Shown here piece by piece: positions 1 through 9,606 of a stretch of 16,849 bases of DNA. Numbering within the stretch: position 1 is the stretch's first letter; each line of letters starts with the position of its first letter. The notes beneath the pieces are model-generated. The model was given only the letters and a program-made list of their open reading frames with translations, did no database searches and was not told where the DNA came from. A program made the position numbers and the translations under genes. Origin of the DNA: an uncultured Chloroflexia bacterium (GTDB lineage Bacteria > Chloroflexota > Anaerolineae > B4-G1 > SLSP01); assembly GCA_963751345.1 (NCBI GenBank), contig CAVVUS010000009.1, forward strand, positions 1 through 16,849. The letters are read 5' to 3'.

Positions 1-988
1 GTAGACGTCGGCGCCGAGTCCCACCGAATACCCTCAAGCGGATCCGCGTCCGGGTTCTCAGATCGGTACAGCCCGAGGGCCACCGGCACGCCCTGAGCAC
101 CGCCACAATCTCGAAGTTGATCCCATCCGGTGCATACTGAATGGTGTTCTTCTCAGGGCCGTCGGTGGTCCGCAGGGCCGCAACGCCGCCTCTGTAGGGC
201 CAGACGCAGACATCGTGCCCGCTGTTGGTCACCGGATTGTATGCCGACTTCACATAGGGCCCCTCCGGTTGGTCGGCAATGGCCACGCCCCAGGCGATCT
301 CGCGCCCGCCGAACGTCATCTCCTCGCCCACTCGCTCGCCCTTGTAGTAGAGGTAGAATTTGTCCCGGTAATGAATCAGGCACGGGTCGTGCACCTTGTG
401 GCTGTCGAAGTCACCCTTGGAGATCACCTTGAAACGATCGTCCTCGTCGCCCAACCACTCGCCGTTGTCTGCCGCGTGCAGGATAGGCTCCGGCAGTTTC
501 CGCCACGGCCCATAGGGGGAGTCGGCGACCGCCATGCCCACGGCGTTTTTCACCCGCACCACGTAGGGCGCCTTCACCACCTGGTAGACCAGGTAGTACT
601 TACCCTCGTGCACGAAGATCTCAGGTGTAAAGACCGCCCGGTCGTCATACGCACCGGCAGGCCCTCTGCCGACCGCCAACCCCTGCTCGGTCCAGGTCCA
701 GCCATCCTCCGAGGTCGCGTGCCAAACCTCGGTCAGATCCCAGGGGAAGACCTTCTTGGAGGGATCTCCGGTGCCGAAGCCGTATGTCTCGCCCTCCCCC
801 TTCGTATACCAGGTGTGGAAGAGGTCATCGATCTTGATCACCGCGCTGGGATCGCGGCGGATGACGCCTTCCTCATAGGCGAAGTCACCTTGGAGTTCCG
901 CGTAGCGGAACTCACAGAACCATTCCGGCCCGCGGGTGTAGGCAAGTGCTCGCTTCGATGCCGCACTGAGTTTTTTCCGTTCTGTCAT
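1..988 (-). CDS. GH117 alpha-1,3-(3,6-anhydro)-L-galactosidase / alpha-neoagarobiose hydrolase, 3' end runs off the window, with probable frameshifts near 93 and 21
   Basis: Manual translation from the ATG at 988 (RBS GGAG upstream) gives [17 protein letters not shown]...[10 protein letters not shown]...FPWD...DDRAVFTPE...[13 protein letters not shown]...YLYYKGE...[30 protein letters not shown]...[21 protein letters not shown]. It contains the GH117 SxAxxR signature and the RRDPS, HKVHDP, SGH and TTDG motifs. The ORF track misses it because there is no in-frame stop before the window edge. No signal peptide. Confidence 0.93.
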   Translation of the reverse strand, partial: MTERKKLSAASKRALAYTRGPEWFCEFRYAELQGDFAYEEGVIRRDPSAVIKIDDLFHTWYTKGEGETYGFGTGDPSKKVFPWDLTEVWHATSEDGWTWTEQGLAVGRGPAGAYDDRAVFTPEIFVHEGKYYLVYQVVKAPYVVRVKNAVGMAVADSPYGPWRKLPEPILHAADNGEWLGDEDDRFKVISKGDFDSHKVHDPCLIHYRDKFYLYYKGERVGEEMTFGGREIAWGVAIADQPEGPYVKSAYNPVTNSGHDVCVWPYRGGVAALRTTDGPEKNTIQYAPDGINFEIVAVLRACRWPSGCTDLRTRTRIRLRVFGGTRRRRL

Positions 989-1108
989 GGTGTCTCCGCT
1001 CTTTTCCCAAGACTGGGTGAAACGTGGTTCGTATTGCCGAGGAACACGGCACCCGCTCGAGGCTTCTATCTGCCCTGAGCGGGCATGGGCAAATCGCTTT
1101 CTGCCGTG

Positions 1109-2284
1109 TCAGAAGTCCAGGTAGGGCTCGGAATCGACAGGTGTGAAGTCTGAAGGTGGATGCCGCGCCAACACGCTATCGTCCAGGTCTGTACCCCAGC
1201 CCGGTCCATCCGGCGGTGCCCCGTGGCCCTCCTCGATGATCAGCGGGTTGGTCAGGACCTCCTGGTAGAGGTTCAGTGAGTTGAGGAACAGCTCCTGCAT
1301 GTGGCAGTTGTTGATGCTCATGTCGAGGTGCAGGCTGGCGACCGTGGAGATGGGGCCGTTAGAGTTGTGCGGCGCGAGGGTGACGTAGTAGGTCTCAGCC
1401 ATTGCGGCGATCTTGCGTAGCTCCGACATCCCGCCCGCGTGGCAGATATCCGGCTGGATGATGCCGACGGCGTTTTGCTCCAGCAGCTCCCGGAATTCCC
1501 ACCGCGTGTACTGCTCCTCCCCCGTGGACACAGGGACGCGGACCGACCGCGCGAAGGCCGCCGCCGCAGCGGTGTTGTCGAACAATATCGGCTCTTCGAG
1601 CCACGCAATATCCAGCGATTCGAGCTTCTGGGCGATCCGCCGGGCACTCCACATATTCAGTCGTCGCCTAACGTCCACGGCGATGTCGATCGTCGGTCCC
1701 ACCGCGTCGCGGATGGCCCGCACGATGCCGACCCCCCGCGCAATGCGCTCCGGCGTGATGACCTGCACGCCGTTGAAGGGGTAGACCTTCAGGCACCGGT
1801 AGCCTTGGGACACCACGGCCTTGGCCTGTTCAGCGTACCACGACGCTTCCTCTGCGTTACCCGTCCCCTGCGGACCGTGCGCCGACGGGCGCCCGCCGGT
1901 GAACCAGCCGTTGGCATAGAGCGGCACCCGATCTCGTACTTTCCCACCAACGAGCTCATAGACCGGCACGCCCAGCGCCTTGCCCTTGATATCCCACAGC
2001 GCGAGATCGATCGCACTGATGGCGCTCATGGTGACCGCGCCACCCGTCCAGGTGACGCGCCGGTGCAGCGAGGTCCAGATGTGCTCGATCTGGAAAGGGT
2101 CCTTCCCGCGCAGGTAGGTGCCGAAGTTCTCCAGTTCGGCAGCCAGGGCCGCGTCCTTGTACTGCAGACTCCCCTCGCCGATGCCGGTGATCCCGCTGTC
2201 GGTATGGACACGGACGAACAGCCAGTTGTTGTGCGGCTCCGTGTGCGCTTGCATGCGCAGGACCTCAACGTCCGTGATCTTCAT
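1109..2284 (-). CDS. Mandelate racemase/muconate lactonizing (enolase superfamily) enzyme, galactonate dehydratase-like
   Basis: N-terminus WLFVRVHTDSGITGIGE and SAIDLALWDIKGKALGVPVYELVGG; metal ligands in VD, WLEEP and TGEE; QPD and APHN His-Asp dyad. Confidence 0.9.
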   Translation of the reverse strand: MKITDVEVLRMQAHTEPHNNWLFVRVHTDSGITGIGEGSLQYKDAALAAELENFGTYLRGKDPFQIEHIWTSLHRRVTWTGGAVTMSAISAIDLALWDIKGKALGVPVYELVGGKVRDRVPLYANGWFTGGRPSAHGPQGTGNAEEASWYAEQAKAVVSQGYRCLKVYPFNGVQVITPERIARGVGIVRAIRDAVGPTIDIAVDVRRRLNMWSARRIAQKLESLDIAWLEEPILFDNTAAAAAFARSVRVPVSTGEEQYTRWEFRELLEQNAVGIIQPDICHAGGMSELRKIAAMAETYYVTLAPHNSNGPISTVASLHLDMSINNCHMQELFLNSLNLYQEVLTNPLIIEEGHGAPPDGPGWGTDLDDSVLARHPPSDFTPVDSEPYLDF

Positions 2285-2293
2285 CGCTTTACC

Positions 2294-3703
2294 TCAGATC
2301 TCTGCCTGATAGGGCTGGTCGCCGACTTTGGCCTGCAGACGGGACAGCTCTTCCGTCAGCTCGCGAACAACGTCCGCGTAGGCCGGATCGTGGTAGACAT
2401 TGTGCAACTCGTGGGGATCGCTCTCCAGGTCGAAGAGCTCCCACTCCGGCGGCCTGGGATCGTCGATGGCCCCCGGCTGCCCCAGCGCGTCCGCATAGTA
2501 GTAGATGAGCTTGTAGCGCAACGTGCGCACGCCGTAATGGGCATAGACGTTGTGATGCGCCAGGTGCATCCAATAGCGGTAGTACATGGATGTCTGCCAT
2601 GCCTCTGGTGTGACGCCATTCAGGAGCGGCCGGAAACTCGTCCCCTGCATCGCCTCCGGCGGCGCGACGTCGGCATAGTCCAGGAAGGTCAGCGGGAAAT
2701 CCACGTTGAGGATCATGTCGGTGTTGACCGTTCCGGGCGCGATTTCGCGTGGGTAGCGGATGATGAAGGGCATCCGCAGCGATTCCTCGTACATGAAGCG
2801 CTTGTCGTACCAACCGTGGTCGCCCAGGAAGAAGCCCTGGTCCGATGTGTAGATGACGATGGTGTTCTCGGTCAACCCGGCTTCATCCAGGTAGTCCAGC
2901 AGCCGGCCCACGTTGTCGTCGATCGAGGCGACGCAGCGCAGGTAATCCTTGATGTAGCGCTCGTATTTCCAGTGCTTCTCCTCTGCGGGCGTCAGCCCCT
3001 CGGGCACAGGCTGTTTCAGATCCTCGGCGTTGAGGTCGCGGTCGATGCGCATGGTCGCGGCAGCAGCCGCTGCGGCGCGGTTGCTGTAGTCGTCATTGAA
3101 CGTCTCCGGCTCCGGAATATCCACGTCGTCGTAGAGGTGCGCGTGTTTCTCGTCAGGTTCCCAGGGCCGGTGCGGTGCCTTGTGGTGGCACATCAGGAAG
3201 AAGGGCCGCTCCGGGTCGCGATTGCGCAGCCAGTCGAGCGAGATGTCGGTGATCAGGTCGGTGGCATAGCCCGGGATCACGTGCCTGGTCCCCATCTCAT
3301 CCATCACCGGATCGTGGTAGAAGCCCTGCCCCGGCAGCACGATCCAGTAATCGAACCCGGTGGGGTCGTGATTCCCGCCATGCCCCAGATGCCACTTGCC
3401 GATCATCGCGGTCTGGTATCCGCTGCCTTGCAGCAGCTTGGCGACATTTTGCTGTCGCCCGTCTATCTTCGAGTCCAGCGTTGTGACGCCATTCACGTGG
3501 CTGTACGTGCCCGTGAGAATCACCGCCCGGCTGGGCGTGCAGATGGAGTTGGTGCAGAAGCAGTTGTCGAAGCGCATGCCGCCCTCGGCGATGCGGTCGA
3601 GTTGCGGCGTGACGTTGATGCGGCTGCCGTAGCAGCTCATCGCGTGCGACGCGTGGTCGTCGGTCATGATGAACAGGATATTGGGCCGTGGATCTGGCGC
3701 CAT
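2294..3703 (-). CDS. Formylglycine-dependent (S1, Cys-type) sulfatase, GlcNAc-6-sulfatase-like, cytoplasmic
   Basis: [22 protein letters not shown] (CxPxR), GKWHLG, HKAPH, YTSDQG..LGDHG..DKR and C-terminal ELFDL..DPHE. RBS AAGGAG. No signal peptide. Confidence 0.95.
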   Translation of the reverse strand: MAPDPRPNILFIMTDDHASHAMSCYGSRINVTPQLDRIAEGGMRFDNCFCTNSICTPSRAVILTGTYSHVNGVTTLDSKIDGRQQNVAKLLQGSGYQTAMIGKWHLGHGGNHDPTGFDYWIVLPGQGFYHDPVMDEMGTRHVIPGYATDLITDISLDWLRNRDPERPFFLMCHHKAPHRPWEPDEKHAHLYDDVDIPEPETFNDDYSNRAAAAAAATMRIDRDLNAEDLKQPVPEGLTPAEEKHWKYERYIKDYLRCVASIDDNVGRLLDYLDEAGLTENTIVIYTSDQGFFLGDHGWYDKRFMYEESLRMPFIIRYPREIAPGTVNTDMILNVDFPLTFLDYADVAPPEAMQGTSFRPLLNGVTPEAWQTSMYYRYWMHLAHHNVYAHYGVRTLRYKLIYYYADALGQPGAIDDPRPPEWELFDLESDPHELHNVYHDPAYADVVRELTEELSRLQAKVGDQPYQAEI

Positions 3704-3739
3704 AGGGTCACTCCTTCACTGGTGGCGACGCTTGGGGTG

Positions 3740-3753
3740 TGGAATCGATTCCA
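3740..3753. promoter_or_regulatory. Perfect 14-bp palindromic operator TGGAATCGATTCCA (LacI/GalR-type)
   Basis: Exact palindrome with a central CG and AA/TT flanks typical of LacI-family sites. It abuts the -10 element of the sulfatase operon promoter, the usual repressor position. Confidence 0.75.
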
Positions 3754-3780
3754 TACTAGCACAGGCATCGACCATGTCAA
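3753..3780 (-). promoter_or_regulatory. Sigma70-type promoter of the sulfatase-enolase-GH117 operon
   Basis: Minus strand TTGACA-N16-TAGTAT with an extended -10 TG, about 50 nt upstream of the sulfatase ATG. Confidence 0.7.
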
Positions 3781-3810
3781 GCCGTGCGCGTCCGGCGGCG
3801 GGGCCTCTAC

Positions 3811-3839
3811 TTGTCGCTTATCGCCTTGGGGTCTACAGT
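3811..3839 (+). promoter_or_regulatory. Possible sigma70-type promoter for the divergent MBL/AKR/GH2/MFS genes
   Basis: TTGTCG-N17-TACAGT, upstream of RBS AAGGAG and the ATG at 3873. Confidence 0.45.
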
Positions 3840-3872
3840 AGGGACATAGCCGACACTCGAAAGGAGTCCTCG

Positions 3873-4488
3873 ATGTTCAGAATCATCAACATCGGTGTAT
3901 TGAGCCAAAACAAGTTCTGGGGCGAGACCGCGCGGATGCGCGAGGATATCAGTGCCACGTGCACGCTGCTGGAGGTGGGCGGACACCGGATCATCGTCGA
4001 CCCCTCGCCGCGCCGCGAGGCGCTGGAGGCGGCGCTCTTCAACCACGCCGGGCTGCGCCCCGACGCGATCGACATGGTCTACGTGACCCACTGGCACGGC
4101 GACCACCTCTTCGGCCTCAGGCTCTTCGAGCACGCGGCCTGGCTGATGGCAGAGGTGGGGATCGCCGAGTGGCGCGAGCGGGCGCCGGAGTACCGGCACC
4201 TCAGCGACCGCTTCCAGCCCGCCGAGGGCTGGGCTGCCCGAGGGCGTCGCGCTCTATCCCGCGCCCGGCCACACGCTGGCGCTTCACGCGCTGAAGATGC
4301 CCACCAAGTGGGGCGACCTCATCGTTGCCGGCGACGCCGTCATGACCCGCGAGCACTTCCATGCCGAGGAGGGTTACCATAACTCGGTGGATTTCGATCT
4401 GGCGGCGGAGACCATCCGCCGCATCAAGCGCGACGCCGCGCTCGTGATCCCGGGCCACGACAACCTGGTGCTCAATCTGCCTGGATAG
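3873..4488 (+). CDS. MBL-fold metallo-hydrolase (~204 aa after removing one extra G at ~4231)
   Basis: THWHGDH in ORF 3666..4382. After a +1 shift it continues LPEGVALYPAPGHT...LIVAGDAV...VIPGHD in the frame of 4297..4488, completing the MBL metal motifs. RBS AAGGAG before ATG 3873. Confidence 0.85.
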
Positions 4489-4563
4489 ATCCCAAATCGT
4501 TGATAGCTGAAGCTGTTAGCTGACAGCTCGGCTGCAGCTTTTCAGTTCTTCTCAGGAGTTTCC

Positions 4564-5490
4564 ATGATTCCAAAGGTACGCTACGGCAAGACCAATCTTG
4601 AAGTGACCCGTTTGGCACTGGGGGGATATCCCTTTGGCGGGGTGAACCTGGCGCGAGGCTGGGATCCCTTCTCATCCGAGGGCCGCGCACAGGCCATCGA
4701 GACCATCCACGCGGCGCTCGATGCCGGGATTACGCTGGTCGACACCGCGCCGGGCTACGGCGATGGCAACAGCGAGTCCATCATCGGCGAGGCGCTGGCC
4801 GGTCGGCGGGACGCGGTCGTCCTCGCCACCAAGGTGGGCTATCACGGCACCGCCGCCGATGTCCGCGAGAGCGTCGAGGCGTCGCTCCGTCGCCTCCGCA
4901 CAGATGCGGTGGACGTGATCCAGTTCCACGGCGGGATGTACACCTCCAATGAGGTCCGGCACATCCTCGAAGAGGGGCCGCTGGACGCGTTGGTGACGCT
5001 GCGCGACGAGGGCAAGGCCCGCTACTTGGGCTTCACCGTCGAGGAGCCGTGGACGGCGCGACCATTGATCGCGTCGGGCGCCTTCGACGTGATGCAGGTG
5101 CGCTACAACGTGATCTACCAGGCGGCGGCGCTCCACGTCCTCAACCAGGCGCGCGAGGCGGACATGGGTGTCTCCGTGATGCGACCGATGACGTCGGGCA
5201 TCTTCCAGCGGATGGCAAGCTACCTCGCGCCGGAGTGGCAGGATGCGCGCGACCTCTACGAGGTCTGCCTCAAGTTCGTGCTCTCTGACAGCCGGGTCCA
5301 CGTGGCCAACGTCGGCATGCGCTGGCCCGACGAGGTGGCCAAGAACGTGGCCCTGGTCTCGTCCTTTGAGCCTGCCTTCGACATGGCCGAGTTGCCCCGG
5401 ATGACGGCCCACATCTACCGCACCGATGATGAGATGTCGGGCCTGGCCGGCTCTCCAAAGCCGCCTGCGCTCGGGAGCCAACTCCGGTAG
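4564..5490 (+). CDS. Aldo/keto reductase
   Basis: GKTNLEVTRLALGG, DTAPGYG, LATKVG, SLRRLRTDAVDVIQFH; Asp/Tyr/Lys/His tetrad present. RBS AGGAG. Confidence 0.92.
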   Translation: MIPKVRYGKTNLEVTRLALGGYPFGGVNLARGWDPFSSEGRAQAIETIHAALDAGITLVDTAPGYGDGNSESIIGEALAGRRDAVVLATKVGYHGTAADVRESVEASLRRLRTDAVDVIQFHGGMYTSNEVRHILEEGPLDALVTLRDEGKARYLGFTVEEPWTARPLIASGAFDVMQVRYNVIYQAAALHVLNQAREADMGVSVMRPMTSGIFQRMASYLAPEWQDARDLYEVCLKFVLSDSRVHVANVGMRWPDEVAKNVALVSSFEPAFDMAELPRMTAHIYRTDDEMSGLAGSPKPPALGSQLR

Positions 5491-5532
5491 AGACCCACAG
5501 AGCGGTTCGCCGACTGCGTTGAAGGAGGCTGT

Positions 5533-8201
5533 ATGCGAGAGACACAGGTCTGCGTGACGGCTGGTGGATCAAGCAGCTGGATGGGCCCGACCCCGACGTT
5601 GCGGCGCTTTCGGCCCAGGTACGGGCGCCCGGCGATGACTGGCTGCCGGCGACGATGCCCGCGCAGGTGCACGACGTGCTGCTGGCCCACGGGCGGATTC
5701 CCGACCCGCGTATCGGCAAGAACGCCGCGGAGAGCGCCTGGGTTGGGGAGAAAGATTGGGCCTACGGATGCGTGTTCACCTCCCCGGCGGGCGTCGGGCC
5801 GGTTTTGCTCCGATTCAAGGGGCTCGATACCCTGGCGACGGTCTACGTCAACGATGTTGAGGTAGGCCGCTTCGCGAACATGCATCGCCACTATGCGGTG
5901 GAGGTGCGGGGCGAGCTCTCGCCGCCCGGAGAGGCGAACGTGCTGCTCATCGTCTTTGCGTCCCCGCTGCGCTTTGTCAACGCGGTCGAACCTGCCGAGG
6001 GCATTGCGGCACACCACCACCTCCGCAAGTGCAAGAGCGATTTCACCTCCTACCTTGGCGCCCGCCCGCATTCGGCGAAGGTGGGCGTTTTTGACGACGT
6101 GATCGTCGACGTGCCGGATGGCGCCTGGCTGGACGACGTCTGGGTACGTCCGTTGCTCTCCGATGACCTGGAGCAGGCCAAAGTCCACGTCAGGCTCGCG
6201 GTGGAGGGCGCCAAACCCGAGTCTCCGGTTGCGGCCTCGGTCTCCTGGTCGCTCGCCGATCCCTCGGGCGCGGTCGTGGCGCAGGGCACCACGGATGGCG
6301 TCGTCCGGGCGTTCGAGATCGACGTGGACGCCCCGCGCCTCTGGTGGCCCTGGACCCACGGCGAGCCGGATCTCTACACGCTGACCGTGGAGCTGCCGCT
6401 CGGCCGCTTCTGAGGACATCCTCGCTTCTGAGGACATCCTCGATCGACGCGAGGTGTCCTTCGGCATCCGCAAGATCACGCCGGTGCTCGACGACCCCGA
6501 GACCGGCGAGGAGCGTTTCGCATTTGAGGTGAACGGCCGGCGCATCTTCCTGCGCGGCGCGTGTTGGGCGCCGCTGCAGGGCATGACCCACTGCTGGGAT
6601 CGGGCGCAGGCAGCCTCGCTCTTCGACCTTGCTCGTCCACGCGGAGATGAACGTCTTTCGCGTGTGGGGTGGCGGCCTCGCGCCGCCCGAGCCGTTCTAT
6701 GAGATGTGCGACCGGCAGGGCATCCTGGTCTGGCAGGACTTCATGTTCGGCTACAGTATGCACCCCGATGACGACCCTGCATTCGTCGCAGAGTGCCGGT
6801 CGGAGATTGAGGACGTGGTCCGCCGGCTGCGCAACCATGCCTCGCTGCTGCTCTGGTGCGGCGGGAACGAGAACCATATGGGCTGGGACTTCACGTACGG
6901 CACTGCGCCGGCGCTTGGGCAGAGGCTCTTTGGGGAGATCATGCCCCACATCTGCGCCGAGCTCGATCCCGACCGGCTCTTTCACGCCAGTTCACCTCAC
7001 GGCGGGCCCGTGCCCAACTGGCCGCTCGCCGGTGACTGGCACGACTACACGACCCTGACCTTCTCGCCCCAGGCGTCGGTGCCGCTCTTTGCATCGGAGA
7101 TCGGCCGCGCCAGCGCGCCATCGGTCGGCAGCATGCGCCGCTATATGAGCGAGGACGAGCTGTGGCCGGAGGGCTACGATCCGCGCGTACGCGTACCCGG
7201 TAAGCCCGCCTGGCCGCCGATGTGGCAGTACCGCTCCGTCGATGGCTCGTGGGACAAGATCGGCGCGGTTGAGACGTACTGTGACCCCGCGTCCGCCGAG
7301 GATCTGGTGCGCGTGCTGGGCACCGCCCACGGTGAGTATCTCTTCGACCGGGTAGCGCGTCACCGGCGCGGCGTGCCCGACGGCTCGTGCACCGACGCGA
7401 TTCTGCGCGCAGACGAGGACGCGGTGCAGGACGAGCGGGACTCGAGGGGCGCCATAGCCTATGTCGGCGAGGTGATGGCCGCCGAAGAGGGGCTGGTCGA
7501 GGAAAACGAGACCAATGGCACGAGCGTGAACCGCCGGTGCTGGGGCACGATGATCTGGCGCCTGAATGACCCCTGGCCGATCCTCTATTGGAGCGTGGTC
7601 GACGCCTACAACGAGCCCAAGATCCCTTACTACTTCCTCCGACGTGCCTACGCACCCGTGTTGATCTCGTTCGAGCGCACCCCCGATGCGATTGCCGCGT
7701 GGGTAGTCAACGACGGCGCCGAGACGGTCGCCGGGACGCTCACCGTCCGGCACGCCAGGTTCACCGGTGAGATTCGCGCCGTGCTCGAGGTGCAGGTGGC
7801 GCTCCGGCCTGGCGAGTCGCGCCGCTGCATCGACGTGACGCCCTTTGGCCCGATCAATCTGCGCTCCGAGTTCCTCTGGGCGACGCTGACGACCCCCAAA
7901 GGTGAATCCGTGACCAGCTTCCTGCTGACGGGAGAGCGCTACCTGCACTTGCCGGACGCTACGCTTACCGTTCGACCTGTCGCGGGCGGCGTGGTTGATC
8001 GAGACCGACGTCTTCGCGCGACAGGTCTCGCTGACCATGGTGGATGCCGGCGGCGCCGTCTTCGAGGACAACTTCTTCGACCTGGTGCCCGGACAGTCCC
8101 GCTCTATCGCCGTCCTCCGGGCCGCAGGGGGCACGAAGCTGCGCGTCAGCGCGCTCAACGCGGCTGTGACCACGATCGATTGGCAGGGCCCCGGGTCGTG
8201 A
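5533..8201 (+). CDS. GH2 beta-mannosidase-like glycoside hydrolase (~888 aa), split by four single-base frameshifts (~5549, ~6396, ~6628, ~7994)
   Basis: RBS GGAGG and ATG 5533. Joined segments: [21 protein letters not shown]...[29 protein letters not shown]...[30 protein letters not shown] (acid/base), FASEIG (nucleophile), W.LNDPWP, and C-terminal [11 protein letters not shown] ending at TGA 8201. Confidence 0.88.
6405..6442 (+). repeat. Perfect 18-bp tandem duplication (CGCTTCTGAGGACATCCT x2), encoding [12 protein letters not shown] in the corrected GH2 frame
   Basis: Copies read directly at 6405-6422 and 6423-6440, plus a partial CG. Confidence 0.9.
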
Positions 8202-9535
8202 GATCGTTCATTCTGCTGGTCATCGGCCAGATCGTCTCCATGCTCGGGAGCTCGATGACCACCTTTGCTCTCGGCTTGTGGGCATGGCAGGTCACAGGGC
8301 GGGCGACGACCTTCTCGTTGACCACGCTCTTCGGCTTTGCGCCGACGATCTTCCTCTGTCCCATCGCCGGGGCGCTGGTTGACCGCTGGAATCGCAAGCT
8401 CGTCATGATGCTCAGCGATCTGGCTGCGGCGATGGCGACGTTGGCGCTGCTTTTGCTCTTTCTTGCGGGCCGTCTGCAGATCTGGCATCTCTACGTTGCC
8501 AACGGCTTTATCGGCATCTTTGGGGCCTTCCAGTTTCCCGCGTTCTCCGCTGCGATCACGACGATGGTGCCCAAGTGGCAATATACGCGGGCCAACGGCC
8601 TGATGTGGCTTGCCGGGCCGACGGCCGGCATCTTCGGCCCGATCCTCGCAGCGGTTCTCGTGGGCGTGATCGGGACGGCGGGCGTGATGGGTGTGGATCT
8701 GGCCACCGCCGCGCTCGCCGTGACGACGATGCTCATCATCCCCGTGCCCCAGCCTCCCGTCGTGGCCGGGGACGAAGCCGGACGCACGGGCCTGTGGCAC
8801 GACATCCTCTACGGGTTCGGCTATATCCTGCGCCGTCCCAGCCTGTGGGGCATCCAGGCCATCTTCTTCGCCAAGAATCTCTTCTCCTATCCCGTGCAAC
8901 TGGTTCTGCTCACGCCCCTGATCCTGGCCCGCACCGGCAACGACCGGTTGATGCTCGGAACGGTGCAGTCGGTCGGCGCCATCGGGGGGCTGGTCGGCGG
9001 GCTGGCGCTGGCTGCCTGGGGAGGGCCCCGGCGCCGCATCCACGGCGTCCTATTGGGCACGGCAGGGCTGCACCTGCTGGGGCTCTGCTGTCTCGGCCTC
9101 GGGCGTTCCGGCTGGGTCTGGATGGCCGCCAGCTTCGCGATGGTCTTCTTCTCGCCGATCGTCAACGGTGCCAACCAGGCCATCTGGCAGGCCAAGGTGC
9201 CGCCCCACGTCCAGGGGCGGGTTTTCTCGGCCCGACGTCTGATTGCCCAGTTTCCTACCTCATTTGCCATGACGGCGGTCGGGCCGCTGGCCGACCGCCT
9301 CTTCGAACCGGCAATGGCGCCCGGCGGTGCCTGGGTATCTCGCTTCGGGTGGCTTGTCGGCACCGGTCCCGGCGCGGGCATGGCATTGATGCTGGTGATC
9401 GGTGGCCTGATCGGCGCGATCGCCGGCCTCGCCGGCTACCTGGTGCCCACCGTCCGCAACGCCGAGGATCTGCTCATCGATCATGACCTGGCCATCGCAC
9501 GGTCGGGCCCCCAACCGCTGAAGGCAATGGGATAA
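8198..9535 (+). CDS. MFS transporter, DHA3/MefA-like family (~445 aa)
   Basis: GTG start overlaps the GH2 stop (GTGA). GQIVSMLGSSMTTFAL, motif A AGALVDRWNRK, QAKVPPHVQGRVFS and many hydrophobic helices. Confidence 0.9.
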   Translation: MRSFILLVIGQIVSMLGSSMTTFALGLWAWQVTGRATTFSLTTLFGFAPTIFLCPIAGALVDRWNRKLVMMLSDLAAAMATLALLLLFLAGRLQIWHLYVANGFIGIFGAFQFPAFSAAITTMVPKWQYTRANGLMWLAGPTAGIFGPILAAVLVGVIGTAGVMGVDLATAALAVTTMLIIPVPQPPVVAGDEAGRTGLWHDILYGFGYILRRPSLWGIQAIFFAKNLFSYPVQLVLLTPLILARTGNDRLMLGTVQSVGAIGGLVGGLALAAWGGPRRRIHGVLLGTAGLHLLGLCCLGLGRSGWVWMAASFAMVFFSPIVNGANQAIWQAKVPPHVQGRVFSARRLIAQFPTSFAMTAVGPLADRLFEPAMAPGGAWVSRFGWLVGTGPGAGMALMLVIGGLIGAIAGLAGYLVPTVRNAEDLLIDHDLAIARSGPQPLKAMG

Positions 9536-9606
9536 ATGTCCATTGAACTCTTCGACGATTGGCATACCATACATACATCTCACGACAACAACGGGGGTTC
9601 AGCATC

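Noticed and set aside
215-1078. 287-aa plus-strand ORF
   Set aside because: Antisense shadow of the GH117 gene.
1109-2284. Assigning the gene symbol dgoD or calling it 3,6-anhydro-L-galactonate cycloisomerase
   Set aside because: The DgoD catalytic DxH is absent and I see no specific resemblance to characterised cycloisomerases, so it is left at family level.
1439-3841. 800-aa plus-strand ORF
   Set aside because: Antisense shadow of the sulfatase and enolase genes, common in high-GC DNA; no motifs.
4501-4550. AGCTG-rich short repeats (TGATAGC TGAAGC TGTTAGC TGACAGC) between MBL and AKR
   Set aside because: Short, degenerate heptamer-like repeat with a weak hairpin; too little evidence for a function.
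6992-9043. 683-aa minus-strand ORF, and similar ORFs at 4672-5481, 5415-6584 and 13300-14100
   Set aside because: Antisense to well-supported genes, low-complexity Arg/Gly/Ala composition, no motifs.
6629-9535. Apparent 968-aa GH2-MFS fusion protein
   Set aside because: Frameshift artefact. The true GH2 C-terminus ([11 protein letters not shown]) lies in another frame (7995-8201) and ends in a GTGA overlap with the MFS start. The linker in the fused ORF is Arg-rich off-frame sequence.
3873-9535. Antibiotic resistance interpretation (beta-lactamase and MefA macrolide efflux)
   Set aside because: Only fold-level similarity. The MBL has no signal peptide and an HxHxDH motif shared by many hydrolases, DHA3 MFS proteins are widespread, and the context is metabolic.
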